A DNA stretch of 64,000 bases from Actinomycetota bacterium. GTDB lineage: Bacteria; Actinomycetota; Acidimicrobiia; IMCC26256; PALSA-555. The position numbers and the translations under genes were made by a program. Below are positions 55,144 through 64,000 of the stretch, piece by piece (position 1 is the stretch's first letter; each line of letters starts with the position of its first letter). The stretch is taken from NCBI GenBank assembly GCA_016870245.1, contig VGCA01000001.1:8905-72904 (forward strand), read 5' to 3'. The notes beneath the pieces were generated by a model, which was not told where the DNA came from, made no database searches, and saw nothing but the letters and a program-made list of their open reading frames with translations.

Positions 55144-55255
55144 GCGCTCCGTACCCTAAGCCACCGGACGGGGGCGGTCCCGGTCCGCGTCGCGCGCGGC
55201 ACGGATTCGGGCGGTGGGCCACGCGGTCGACCCGCCGCGGCGGTCGGGCGTCGTG

Positions 55256-56017
55256 CTACAGGACGTTGACGGCCTGGGCCACGACGAGACCGATGAGCAC
55301 GATCGCGGCCGCCGACTGGATGCCCATCACCAGCTTCGCCCAGCGGGCCAGCGGCATGGTGTCGGTCGGGCTGAACGCGATGGAGTTGGTGAGGCTCAGG
55401 TACAGGTAGTCGACGAACACCGGCCGCCACCCGGGCGGCGCCAGCTCGGGACTCGTGTGCTGCGGGAACGCCAGGTCGGGATGGGGCACCGGGTGGTTGG
55501 CCCGAAAGCCGGGGCCGCCGTCGGCCAGCTCCCAGTACACGAACGCGAACGCGATCACGATGTCGGTGAACACAAGGACCGCGGCCCACAGGAGCTTGCC
55601 GGGCTCGTTGACGAGCTCCCCGCCGCGGAGGATGTCCGCGGTCAGGTTGCCCACGGCGAACGCGGCGCCGAGCGCGAGCAGCGCGACGAACGCGAGGCGG
55701 AGCCCGTGGATGCGCGCCGAGTGGCGGTCGATGCGCCCGGGGTCGGCCACCAGCATCGCGACGAGCAGTCCGCTCTGGATCGCGGGGACCAGCCACACCG
55801 GGCCGGGCGCGAACTTCTCGGGCATGAAGAACGGGAGGATCACCACGATCGCCGCGGCGACCACGACCGGCCCGCGGGACTCGCCCCGGAGGTCGGGGTC
55901 GTCGACGGGCGCGTCGGGACCGGACGGGGCCGCGGCGGCGGGGCCCGGGGTGGGGTCGTCGTCGGGATGGCGGGTGATGGCGGGATTCTGCCCGCGGCGC
56001 GCACGCGTGTCGTGCAT
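55256..56017 (-). CDS. DUF1345 family membrane protein
   Basis: ORF 55256..56017. C-terminal VDYLYLSLTNSIAFSPTDT motif and several TM segments. The start is uncertain. Confidence 0.75.
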   Translation of the reverse strand: MHDTRARRGQNPAITRHPDDDPTPGPAAAAPSGPDAPVDDPDLRGESRGPVVVAAAIVVILPFFMPEKFAPGPVWLVPAIQSGLLVAMLVADPGRIDRHSARIHGLRLAFVALLALGAAFAVGNLTADILRGGELVNEPGKLLWAAVLVFTDIVIAFAFVYWELADGGPGFRANHPVPHPDLAFPQHTSPELAPPGWRPVFVDYLYLSLTNSIAFSPTDTMPLARWAKLVMGIQSAAAIVLIGLVVAQAVNVL

Positions 56018-56026
56018 GCTGGGACG

Positions 56027-56929
56027 ATGACGATCGCGCGCACCCGGTGGCGCGGCGAGCCGGCGTTGCGGCTCACCGCCGGGACGACGTCCCTCGTGGT
56101 GCTACCCGACCTCGGGTGGACGGGGGTGTCGCTGCGGCACGACGGCCGCGAGTTCCTCGCCGCGCCGGGCGGCCCCGCGGCATTGCGGGCCGGGCACACC
56201 CTCGGGCTGCCGCTCCTCGCGCCGTGGGCGAACCGGATCTCCCGGCGCCGGTTCCGGGTGGCGGGCGTCGACGTCGACCTCCGGCGGCGTCGCCTCCACA
56301 CCGACGGCCACGGGCTCCCGATCCACGGGCTGCTGATCGGTGCGACGGGCTGGGAGCCGGTGCGCGAGCAGTCCGGGGCCGCGGGTGCGGCGGTGACGGC
56401 GGCCCGCGCTTTCAACACCCCGGCCTTCCCGTTCCCGCATCGCATCGAGGTCGGGTACCGACTGCGCCCCGGGCGCCTCGACGTCACCACCACCGTCGTG
56501 CCCTCCGGGCGGCGGCGGGTGCCGGTCGCGTTCGGTTGGCATCCCTACCTGCGGGTTCCGGGCGCGCCGCGCGCGCGGTGGCGGCTCGTCCTGCCCGCCC
56601 GCGTCCATCTCGGGCTCGACGAGCGTGGCATCCCGACCGGCGCGGGCTCCGAGGCGCGCGCCGAAGCCCGGCCGGTCGGGCGGCGCACCTTCGACGACCT
56701 CTACGCGCTCGATCGCCGCCGGGTGCTCGCGCTGGAGACCGACGACCACGCCGTGGAGATCCGCGCCGACGCGCGGTACCCGTTCGCCCAGGTGTGGGTG
56801 CCGGCGGGCCGGCCGTTCGCGGCATTGGAGCCGATGACCGCGGCGACCGACGCGCTCACGCGCGGCGAGGTGCCACTCGTGGCGCCGGGTGACGCGTTCA
56901 GTGCATCGTTCGCGGTGGTGCTCCGGTGA
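56027..56929 (+). CDS. Aldose 1-epimerase family protein
   Basis: C-terminal part of ORF 55214..56929, ATG at 56027. GLPIHGLL, FPFPHRIEV, FGWHPYLRVPG. Confidence 0.7.
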   Translation: MTIARTRWRGEPALRLTAGTTSLVVLPDLGWTGVSLRHDGREFLAAPGGPAALRAGHTLGLPLLAPWANRISRRRFRVAGVDVDLRRRRLHTDGHGLPIHGLLIGATGWEPVREQSGAAGAAVTAARAFNTPAFPFPHRIEVGYRLRPGRLDVTTTVVPSGRRRVPVAFGWHPYLRVPGAPRARWRLVLPARVHLGLDERGIPTGAGSEARAEARPVGRRTFDDLYALDRRRVLALETDDHAVEIRADARYPFAQVWVPAGRPFAALEPMTAATDALTRGEVPLVAPGDAFSASFAVVLR

Positions 56930-58688
56930 GCGTCTGCGCCGCGCGCACACCCGCGAGGTGCGTGAACGCCTGGGGCATGTTTCCGAGCGCCCGCCCCGAC
57001 GCGGGGTCGTACTCCTCGGAGAAGAGCCCGACGTCGTTGGCGAGGCTCGCGAGGCGGCGGTACAGCGCCCACGCCTCGTCGGTCCGACCCTGGACCACGT
57101 AGTTGTCGACCAGCCAGAACGAGCAGGGGAGGAACACGCCCTCGCCTGCGGGGAGGCCGTCGTCGGTCTGGTCGGACCGATAGCGCAGTACGAACCCGTC
57201 GTGGAGCAGCTCGCGCTCGATCGCGGCGACGGTGCCCCGGATGCGCTCGTCGGTCGGGGGGAGGAAGCCCACGAGCGGCAGCTGCAGCAGCGCGCCGTCG
57301 AGCTGCCTGGAGCCGAACGCCTGGGTGAAGGAGCCGAGGTCGGGGTCGTAGCCCTCGGCGCACACGAGCGCGTGCACGTCGTCGCGGGCCTGGCGCCACC
57401 GGTCGACGGGGGCGGGGAGGTCGAACCGCTCGGCCGAGGCGACCGCGCACGAGAAGGCGAGCCAGGCCATGACCTTCGAGTGGGTGAAGTGCTGGCGGCC
57501 GCCGCGCACCTCCCATATCCCGTCGTCGGGATGGTGCCACGCGCCTTCGAGGTACTCGAGCAGCGCGGTCTCGAGCGGCCACGAGTCGTTCATCGTGGGG
57601 TCGTCCTCGGGCGGGTACATGAGGCGCATGAGGTGGAGGGAGCCGAGGGTCTCGCCGTACACGTCGAGCTGGAACTGGCCGTGCGCGGCGTTGCCCACCC
57701 GCACCGGCGCCGAGCCCTCGTAGCCGGGGAGCCAGTCGACCTCGAACTCGGTGAGCCGGCGCTCGCCCTGCACGCCGTACATGATCTGGAGGTCGGCGGG
57801 GTCGCCGGCGGCGGCGCGCAGCAGCCAGTCGCGCCACGCGAACGCCTCCTCCTTGTAGCCGCCCGCCATCAGCGCGCCGAGGGTGAGTACGGAGTCGCGC
57901 AGCCAGCAGTAGCGGTAGTCCCAGTTGCGCACGCTGCCGATCCACTCGGGGAGCGACGTCGTCGGGGCGGCGACGATCCCCCCGGTCGGCGCATAGGTGA
58001 GCGCCTTCAGGGTGATCAGCGACCGCATGATCAGGTCGCGGGTCTCGGGAGCGCAGGTGGCCTGGGCCGCCCACCGCTTCCACCAGGTGATCGTGTCCTT
58101 GCGGAGTCGGAGCCCGTCGCCGGTGCGGGGCGGCTCCTCGTGCGACGGGTGCCACGCCATCACGAACGGCACCGCGTCGCCGGCCTCGACCACGAACTCG
58201 GCAACGGTGCTCTGGTCGGCGCCCACGAGGTCGACGGGCGTGTTGAGGACCAGCGCGTCGGGGCCGGCGATCGCGCGGAGACGGTGGTCCTCCTTGCGGA
58301 CCCACGGCACGATCGATCCGTAGTCGAAGCGGATCCGCAGGTCCATGTGCATGGGAACCCGCCCGGAGACACCCTCGACGATGCGGACCAGCTCCACCTG
58401 GTGGGTGCGAATCGGCATGAAGTCGGAGATGCGCACCACGCCGTCGTCGGTGTGGAACGTGGTCTCCAGCACGAGCGTGTCGCCGTGGTACGCCCGCTCG
58501 ACCCGCCGGACACCGCCGGCCGGCGCGAGCAGCCAGCGCCCGTGGTCGGGGGTTCCCAGGAGCCCGGCGAACACCGCGCCCGAGTCGAAGCGCGGGACGC
58601 ACATCCAGTCGATGGAGCCGTCCGAGCCGACCAGCGCCGCGGTCTGGGTGTCGCCGATGAGCCCGTAGTCCTCGATGCGCAGCGGCAC
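56898..58688 (-). CDS. Glycoside hydrolase family 15 (glucoamylase/trehalase-like)
   Basis: ORF 56898..58688. IEDYGLIGDTQTAALVGSDGSIDWMCVPRFDS N-terminus, YRYCWLRDS, and a typical GH15 (alpha/alpha)6 region. Confidence 0.9.
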   Translation of the reverse strand: MPLRIEDYGLIGDTQTAALVGSDGSIDWMCVPRFDSGAVFAGLLGTPDHGRWLLAPAGGVRRVERAYHGDTLVLETTFHTDDGVVRISDFMPIRTHQVELVRIVEGVSGRVPMHMDLRIRFDYGSIVPWVRKEDHRLRAIAGPDALVLNTPVDLVGADQSTVAEFVVEAGDAVPFVMAWHPSHEEPPRTGDGLRLRKDTITWWKRWAAQATCAPETRDLIMRSLITLKALTYAPTGGIVAAPTTSLPEWIGSVRNWDYRYCWLRDSVLTLGALMAGGYKEEAFAWRDWLLRAAAGDPADLQIMYGVQGERRLTEFEVDWLPGYEGSAPVRVGNAAHGQFQLDVYGETLGSLHLMRLMYPPEDDPTMNDSWPLETALLEYLEGAWHHPDDGIWEVRGGRQHFTHSKVMAWLAFSCAVASAERFDLPAPVDRWRQARDDVHALVCAEGYDPDLGSFTQAFGSRQLDGALLQLPLVGFLPPTDERIRGTVAAIERELLHDGFVLRYRSDQTDDGLPAGEGVFLPCSFWLVDNYVVQGRTDEAWALYRRLASLANDVGLFSEEYDPASGRALGNMPQAFTHLAGVRAAQTLTGAPPRTMH

Positions 58689-58718
58689 CGTCCCAACCTA
58701 TTCGGCTATGAGTGGGTG

Positions 58719-59882
58719 ATGCAGGACATCACCGCTCCCCGGGGTCCCCTCGCCGGCATCGTCGTCGTCGACCTCACCCGCGTGCTCGCCGGGCCCTTCG
58801 CCACGATGGTCCTCCACGACCTCGGCGCCCGGGTGATCAAGGTCGAGCGGGCCGGCGCCGGCGACGACGCCCGCGGCTTCGGCCCGTTCGTCGACGGGCG
58901 GTCGGCGTACTTCACCTCGCTCAACTGCGGGAAGGAGAGCATCGCGCTCGACCTCGACGTCGCCGCCGACCGCGCCGTCCTCGAGCGGCTCCTCGAGCGG
59001 GCCGACGTGCTGGTGGAGAACTTCCGGCCGGGCACGATGGACCGGCTGGGCTTCGGGTGGGACGCGCTGCACGTGCGTCATCCCGGGCTGATCTACGCCG
59101 CCGTGTCGGGCTTCGGGCGCACCGGCCCGTACTCGGCCCGGCCCGCGTACGACATGGTCGTGCAGGGAATGGGCGGCGTGATGAGCGTCACCGGCGAGGA
59201 CGGCGGCGCACCCACCCGGGTCGGAGTGTCGGTCGGCGACCTCACCGCCGGGCTGTTCCTCGCGACCGGCATCAACGCCGCGCTGTTCCACCGGGCGGCC
59301 ACGGGTGAGGGGATGCTCGTCGACGTGGGGATGCTCGACAGTCAGGTCGCGATCCTCGAGAACGCGATCGCCCGCTACACCGCGATGGGGGAGGTGCCGG
59401 GGCCGATCGGGTCGCGGCACCCGTCGATCACGCCGTTCGCCGCGCTGCGCACCGCCGACGGCGAGGTGATCGTGGCGGTGGGCAACGACAAGCTGTTCGT
59501 CGCGCTCTGCGAGGTGGTCGGGCGGCCGGAGCTCGCCGCCGATCCCCGGTTCGTCGACAACCATGCGCGGTGCGCGCACGTGCACGAGCTCCACGAGCTA
59601 CTGGAGCAGGCGCTGGTGACACGTCCGACCGCCGCGTGGCTCGACGCGCTGGAGGCCGCGGGCATCCCGTCGGGCCCGGTCAACGACGTCGCCGCGGTGG
59701 TCGACGACCCGCACGTGCGGGCCCGGCACATGATCGTGGGCATCGACGACCCCCGGGTCGCCCCGCTGCGGGTGGCCGGCAACCCGGTCAAGCTGTCGGG
59801 CTACCCCGACCTGGAGGTGCGGCCGGCCGCACCCGACCTCGACGAGCACCGGAGCGCGCTGCTCGCGGAGCTCGGCCTCTGA
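58719..59882 (+). CDS. Family III CoA-transferase (CaiB/BaiF)
   Basis: C-terminal part of ORF 56889..59882, ATG at 58719. VVDLTRVLAGPFATMVLHDLGARVIKVE, ENFRPG, GDLTAG. Confidence 0.9.
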   Translation: MQDITAPRGPLAGIVVVDLTRVLAGPFATMVLHDLGARVIKVERAGAGDDARGFGPFVDGRSAYFTSLNCGKESIALDLDVAADRAVLERLLERADVLVENFRPGTMDRLGFGWDALHVRHPGLIYAAVSGFGRTGPYSARPAYDMVVQGMGGVMSVTGEDGGAPTRVGVSVGDLTAGLFLATGINAALFHRAATGEGMLVDVGMLDSQVAILENAIARYTAMGEVPGPIGSRHPSITPFAALRTADGEVIVAVGNDKLFVALCEVVGRPELAADPRFVDNHARCAHVHELHELLEQALVTRPTAAWLDALEAAGIPSGPVNDVAAVVDDPHVRARHMIVGIDDPRVAPLRVAGNPVKLSGYPDLEVRPAAPDLDEHRSALLAELGL

Positions 59883-59901
59883 GCCGGCCCCAGCCGGTGG
59901 G

Positions 59902-60582
59902 TCAGCGGCGTTCCAACCGACGGTCGGGCACCAGCCACATGAGGGCCACGAGCACGTAGATCGCGACCGCGATCCATGGGCTCACGAACGCGAGGCCGAC
60001 GGCCGCCGCGCAGAGCACCACGGAGACCTTCCCCTTCCGGTCGCGCCCGAGTGCCCGGGCGAGCGCCGAGTCGCGGCCTTCGTGGTGCACGATCGTGGTG
60101 GAGAGGATGAAGTAGGCGATCGCCGCGCAGAGCAGCACGACGCCGTAGACCGCGACCGGTGTGGTGGCGAAGTCGTTCTGGCCCACCCACGCCGTCGCGA
60201 ACGGGAACAGCGACAGCCAGAACAGGAGGTGGAGATTGGCCCAGAGGATGCCGCCCGTCACCTCTGTGGTGCGCTTGAGCAGGTGGTGGTGGTTGTTCCA
60301 GTAGATGCCGAGGTACACGAAGCTCAGCACGTAGCCGAGGAACACGGGCACGAGCGGGCGGAGTGCGTCGAGCGTCGCCTCGTCGGGGACGTCCAGCTCC
60401 AGCACCATGATCGTGATGGCGATCGCGATGACGCCGTCGCTGAACGCCTCCAGCCGCCCGGGGGTCATCACCGCGTCGGGGCCGCCGTCGGGGTTCGTGT
60501 CGACGAGCGCGGCCGCGGCGGGGTCGGGCCGCACGGGATCGGGGGGCGCGGGGTCGGGGGGCGTGTCGTCGGGTGCCGGCAC
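59902..60582 (-). CDS. TMEM175-family (DUF1211) potassium channel
   Basis: ORF 59902..60582 (alternative ATG at 60468). Signature RLEAFSDGVIAIAITIMVLE and 6 TM segments. Confidence 0.85.
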   Translation of the reverse strand: MPAPDDTPPDPAPPDPVRPDPAAAALVDTNPDGGPDAVMTPGRLEAFSDGVIAIAITIMVLELDVPDEATLDALRPLVPVFLGYVLSFVYLGIYWNNHHHLLKRTTEVTGGILWANLHLLFWLSLFPFATAWVGQNDFATTPVAVYGVVLLCAAIAYFILSTTIVHHEGRDSALARALGRDRKGKVSVVLCAAAVGLAFVSPWIAVAIYVLVALMWLVPDRRLERR

Positions 60583-60654
60583 GCCTCGAGGTTCGCGTGC
60601 GCCGAGCCGCCGGTGGCGGATGGGCGGCGCGGGTACCCCGCAGTCCGGACGGGC

Positions 60655-61854
60655 CTATGCGGCGTCGGGTCCGGCTCGGGCTAGGTCGGCTCTGGCTCCT
60701 TGGGCGGCGAGGTGGGCGAGGGCGGGGAGGTCGGTGACGGGGAGGAGGGTGAGGCCGTCGGGCCGGTTGGGGTTGCCGAGGAGGATGTAGGGGCCGTGGG
60801 GGACGAGGAGGCCGTGGTGGCCGCCACCGCCTTTGCAGACGGCGGCGAGGTTGTCGATGGTGTCGGTGCCGCCCCACGAGCGCGGGATGAGGTGGTGCAC
60901 GTCGAGGGGGCCGCGGACGTCGCAGCCGTCGATGCGGCATTTCCCGTCGCGCAGCAGCACGGCCCGCTTGGTCTTGGATGAGACCACGGACGCGGTCGTG
61001 CCGATCACGATCGGGTTTCCCTCGTCGTCGACGAGGTGCGGCTCGATGCGGGCGGAGGCCCGGAGCTTCTCGACCATCTCGTCGGGCAGCGGGATCCCCG
61101 CCACCGTCGCCGGCCCCGAGACGGGGACCTGCACGACGAGATGCGCTCCCGGCACGGTGGTGGTCTCGTCGGCCCGGCGTTCCCGGTAGGCGTCCACCAA
61201 CATCATCAGGGCGTCGGCGCCGCGGCGTTCGTAGGGCTCCCAGGGCCGTCCCGGAGCGGGGCGCATGCCCTCGATCAGGTGCTTGATGACGAGCTCGAAG
61301 GTGGCGCCGTCGACATCGGGGAGCGCCCCCCGCAGGCGGAGCATCCCCTGGTCGGAGTCCCACCAGGTCCGCAGCTCCCGCGCCGCGCGCCGCGCGGCGG
61401 CGTCCTCGATGGTCGGCGTCCTGAGCTCGCGCGCCTTCTGCGCGAGATCCGCCGGCGACCACCTCGGTGCGCGCTCGGCCCATTCGTGCTCGTCGGACGC
61501 ATCCGCGACCTTCACCACCTGCGCGAGCTGCGCATCCGACAGCCGGCCCTCCGCCGCCACCTGCGCGATCGAAGGCAGGTCCTCGAGCGCCCGCGCCGTC
61601 GCCACCGTCGCCCGCACATCCCGGATCGACACCCCGTCCACCCCGGCGAGCGTGTCGTCGATCCGGCCCCGCTCGTCGAGCACCCGAGTCGCGGCCAGCT
61701 CACGCATCCGCCAGCGGCGCTGCTCGCGCACCGCTTCCTCGCGGGCGGCTGCGATCCACTCCGTGGAGTGGCAGCGGAGCTCGTCACACAACGCCCCGAA
61801 GTCGAACGGTTCGGCGGCGCCCTGCGCGTGGTCGGGGGACCGGGGTGCATCCAT
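60655..61854 (-). CDS. DUF222-type HNH endonuclease
   Basis: Part of ORF 60655..62256, ATG at 61854. C-terminal HNH region CRIDGCDVRGPLDVHHLIPRSWGGTDTIDNLAAVC, and an N-terminal helical DUF222-like region. Confidence 0.85.
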   Translation of the reverse strand: MDAPRSPDHAQGAAEPFDFGALCDELRCHSTEWIAAAREEAVREQRRWRMRELAATRVLDERGRIDDTLAGVDGVSIRDVRATVATARALEDLPSIAQVAAEGRLSDAQLAQVVKVADASDEHEWAERAPRWSPADLAQKARELRTPTIEDAAARRAARELRTWWDSDQGMLRLRGALPDVDGATFELVIKHLIEGMRPAPGRPWEPYERRGADALMMLVDAYRERRADETTTVPGAHLVVQVPVSGPATVAGIPLPDEMVEKLRASARIEPHLVDDEGNPIVIGTTASVVSSKTKRAVLLRDGKCRIDGCDVRGPLDVHHLIPRSWGGTDTIDNLAAVCKGGGGHHGLLVPHGPYILLGNPNRPDGLTLLPVTDLPALAHLAAQGARADLARAGPDAA

Positions 61855-61981
61855 GACTGCATGATCACACAAGGGTGTGACAGTTATTGCCAGAACCCAG
61901 TCAACTGGCGGAGAAATGTGAAAGAAGCCGACCCGATGTCGGAACCGGGCCGCTTCGTGGCGCCCACGGGCCACCGGCACA

Positions 61982-62455
61982 ATGGCGGTCGTGATCCGGG
62001 AGATCGTGGGGTTCCGCCAGGACGAGGCCGGCGACTGGATCGCCGACCTGGCCTGCCTGCACCGCCAGCACATCCGCCACCAGCCACCGTTCTCCGAGCG
62101 CCCGTGGGTGCTCGACCCGGCGGCGCGGGCGGCCCGGATCGGGACGGGGTGGGACTGCCCGCTGTGCGACCGGGCCGAGCTCCCCGAAGGGCTCCACCTC
62201 GTGCGGACGGCCGGCCCCTTCGACGACGTGACCCTGCCGCCCGGGCTGCGCGCCACCCATCACGTGGCCGCCGCGCGTTGGGGGCGGCTCCGCCTGCTCG
62301 ATGGCGCGGTCGGGTTCTCGATGGACACCGACCCGCCGATCGTGCGGCACATGGTCGCCGGCGACGAGCAGCCCATCCCGCCCGAGGTGCCGCACCGCCT
62401 CACGGTCGACGGGCCGGTGCGCCTCGTGGTCGAGTTCTTCGCCCGCGACGACTGA
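61982..62455 (+). CDS. DUF3565 + DUF1971 (TehB-N-terminal-like) fusion protein
   Basis: ORF 61982..62455. IVGFRQDEAGDWIADLACLHRQHIRHQPPFSERPW (DUF3565-like) followed by LPPGLRATHHVAAARWGRLRLLDGAV (DUF1971-like). Confidence 0.7.
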   Translation: MAVVIREIVGFRQDEAGDWIADLACLHRQHIRHQPPFSERPWVLDPAARAARIGTGWDCPLCDRAELPEGLHLVRTAGPFDDVTLPPGLRATHHVAAARWGRLRLLDGAVGFSMDTDPPIVRHMVAGDEQPIPPEVPHRLTVDGPVRLVVEFFARDD

Positions 62456-62462
62456 GTCGGGA

Positions 62463-63251
62463 TCAGGCGCCGCGGAACTGCGGGTCGCGGCGCTCCATGA
62501 AGGCCGACGCGCCCTCCTTGAAGTCGTCGCTGGCCCACGCGGCCTGGATCGCGGCGTCGACGCCGGGCTGCTCGTCGTCACGACCCGACACGGCCGCGTG
62601 GATCGACCGCTGGTGCGCGATGTGCGAGAGCGGCGCATTGCGGGCGATCTCCCGCGCCATGTCGTACACCGAGGTCTCGAGCGCGTCGGTCGCAACCACT
62701 CGGTTCACGAGCCCGATTCGCTCGGCTTCACGCGCGTCGATGCGCCGACCGGTGTAGAGGATCTCCGCCGCCTGCCCAGGACCGACGAGCGACACCAGCG
62801 TCGACGTGGCCTCGTACGGGTAGCCGACACCGAGCTTGGCGGCCGGGATGCCGAACGACGCGTCCTCCGAGCAGATCCGGATGTCGGCGCCGAGGGCGAC
62901 CATCAGGCCGCCGCCGATGCAGTACCCGCGGATCATCGCGAGCACCGGCTTGCCGATCGCGAGCGTGCCCCGGGTGGGCGACGGCGCGACCGAGGCGGCG
63001 GGCGGGGGAGTGGTGATCTGGCCTCCGCCCAGCTGGGCGATGTCGGCGCCGGAGATGAACGCCTTCTCGCCGGCTCCGGTGACCACGACCACCCGGACCT
63101 CGGGGTCGGCGGCGAACGCCTGGCGCACCCGCCCGAGCGCGGCGAGCATGTCTCCGGTCATGGCATTGTGCTTCGCGGGGTTGTCGAAGACGATCGTGCC
63201 GATGCCGTCGGTGTCGACGGTCGCATGCAGCTGGTCGCATCCCGTGTCCAC
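62463..63251 (-). CDS. Enoyl-CoA hydratase/isomerase (crotonase) family
   Basis: Part of ORF 62463..63815, GTG at 63251. FDNPAKHNAM, MIRGYCIGGGLMVAL, FGIPAAKLGVG. Confidence 0.85.
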   Translation of the reverse strand: MDTGCDQLHATVDTDGIGTIVFDNPAKHNAMTGDMLAALGRVRQAFAADPEVRVVVVTGAGEKAFISGADIAQLGGGQITTPPPAASVAPSPTRGTLAIGKPVLAMIRGYCIGGGLMVALGADIRICSEDASFGIPAAKLGVGYPYEATSTLVSLVGPGQAAEILYTGRRIDAREAERIGLVNRVVATDALETSVYDMAREIARNAPLSHIAHQRSIHAAVSGRDDEQPGVDAAIQAAWASDDFKEGASAFMERRDPQFRGA

Positions 63252-63279
63252 AGATCCGGAATCTAGATGAGGGGGAGTG

Positions 63280-64000
63280 ATGACGGGGCCGCTCGAGGGG
63301 ATCCGCGTGGTCGACCTCACCCGGGCGCGGTCGGGCCCCACCTGCGTGCGCCAGCTCGCCGACCTGGGGGCCGACGTGATCCAGGTGAGCGACCCGCGCG
63401 CGGGCGACATCGCCGGCTCCGACAGTGCCAACCTCCAGCGCAACAAGCGGTCGGTCGCGCTCGACCTCCACCACCCCGACGGTCTGACCGCGTTCCTCTC
63501 GCTCACCGACCGGGCCGACGTGTTCGTGGAGAACATGCGCCCCTCGGTGAAGCACCGGCTCGGCATCGGACCCGACGTGCTGCTCGAGCGCAACCCGCGC
63601 CTCGTGTACGCGAGCATCTCGGGCTTCGGCCAGACCGGCCCGTACGCGGAGCGCGGCGGCCTCGACCAGGTCGCGCAGGGCATGGGCGGCGTGATGTCGG
63701 TCACCGGCCCGCCGGGGACCGGGCCGTGGCGCGTCGGCATCGCGATCAGCGACACCGCGTCGGGCACGTTCCTCACCCAGGGGGTGCTCGCGGCGCTGTT
63801 CGCGCGTGAGCGCACCGGCCGCGGTCAGTGGGTGCACACCTCGCTGCTCGAGGCGATGGTCAATTTCATGGACTTCCAGGCGTGCCGCTGGCTCACCGAC
63901 GGCGAGGTGCCGCCCCAGCAGGGCAACGACCACCCGACGTTCTTCCCGATGGGCACCTACCGCTGTGCCGACGGCCACGTGAACATCGCCGGGCTCAAGG
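63280..64000 (+). CDS. Family III CoA-transferase (CaiB/BaiF), 3' end outside the window
   Basis: ATG at 63280 follows GAGGGGGAG, and the frame is open to the window end. VVDLTRARSGPTCVRQLADLGADVIQV, ENMRPS, ISDTASG. It is absent from the ORF track because no stop lies within the window. Confidence 0.85.
   Translation, partial: MTGPLEGIRVVDLTRARSGPTCVRQLADLGADVIQVSDPRAGDIAGSDSANLQRNKRSVALDLHHPDGLTAFLSLTDRADVFVENMRPSVKHRLGIGPDVLLERNPRLVYASISGFGQTGPYAERGGLDQVAQGMGGVMSVTGPPGTGPWRVGIAISDTASGTFLTQGVLAALFARERTGRGQWVHTSLLEAMVNFMDFQACRWLTDGEVPPQQGNDHPTFFPMGTYRCADGHVNIAGLK

Noticed and set aside
61864-61879. TCACA-N6-TGTGA considered as a CRP/FNR-family binding site.
   Set aside because: The CRP consensus is TGTGA-N6-TCACA. 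Here the half-sites are in the opposite (outward) arrangement, which is not equivalent. It is reported only as an uncharacterised palindrome.

Overview
This is a very GC-rich, gene-dense stretch of chromosome in which third codon positions are almost all G/C. It looks actinobacterial, which I infer from DinB/mycothiol-type enzymes, a HelZ-like SNF2 helicase, a DUF222-HNH gene, DUF6529, and many GTG starts with overlapping or tightly packed gene ends. I can support about 58 protein-coding genes. I saw no rRNA, tRNA, CRISPR array, transposase, integrase or recognisable transcription factor.

Most of the window is a patchwork of oxidative and CoA-dependent catabolic genes with heavy paralogy:
- 5 amidohydrolase-2-type genes
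- 3 cytochrome P450s plus one ferredoxin
- 3 Baeyer-Villiger/flavin monooxygenases
- 3 SDRs
- 2 acyl-CoA dehydrogenases
- 2 enoyl-CoA hydratases
- 2 family-III CoA-transferases
- 1 acetyl-CoA hydrolase/transferase-family CoA-transferase
- 1 acyl-CoA ligase

Housekeeping or accessory genes are interspersed: cydAB, an ABC-F ATPase, an SNF2 helicase, an RNA methyltransferase, a GH15 hydrolase, a sulfatase and a TMEM175-type channel.

The most interesting locus is a three-gene minus-strand operon at 48769-46639. It encodes a DUF6529-like polytopic membrane protein (frameshifted as sequenced), a membrane-anchored c-type cytochrome, and a GrdB/PrdB-family protein. The GrdB/PrdB gene is split by ORF callers because it carries an in-frame TGA at the position where this family has selenocysteine, and a SECIS-like hairpin lies just downstream.

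Other points worth a second look:
- A covarying palindromic intergenic repeat family at two loci.
- A duplicated translation-start cassette that creates a doubly coupled 29-codon ORF behind the helicase.
- A CoA-transferase whose conserved N-terminus has no canonical start codon.
- A lipoprotein hydrolase that ends in a 24-Thr tract.
- A divergent pair of a PAP2 phosphatase and a membrane-anchored kinase-like protein.

All family calls come from motif and sequence recognition by eye. No searches or folding programs were run.
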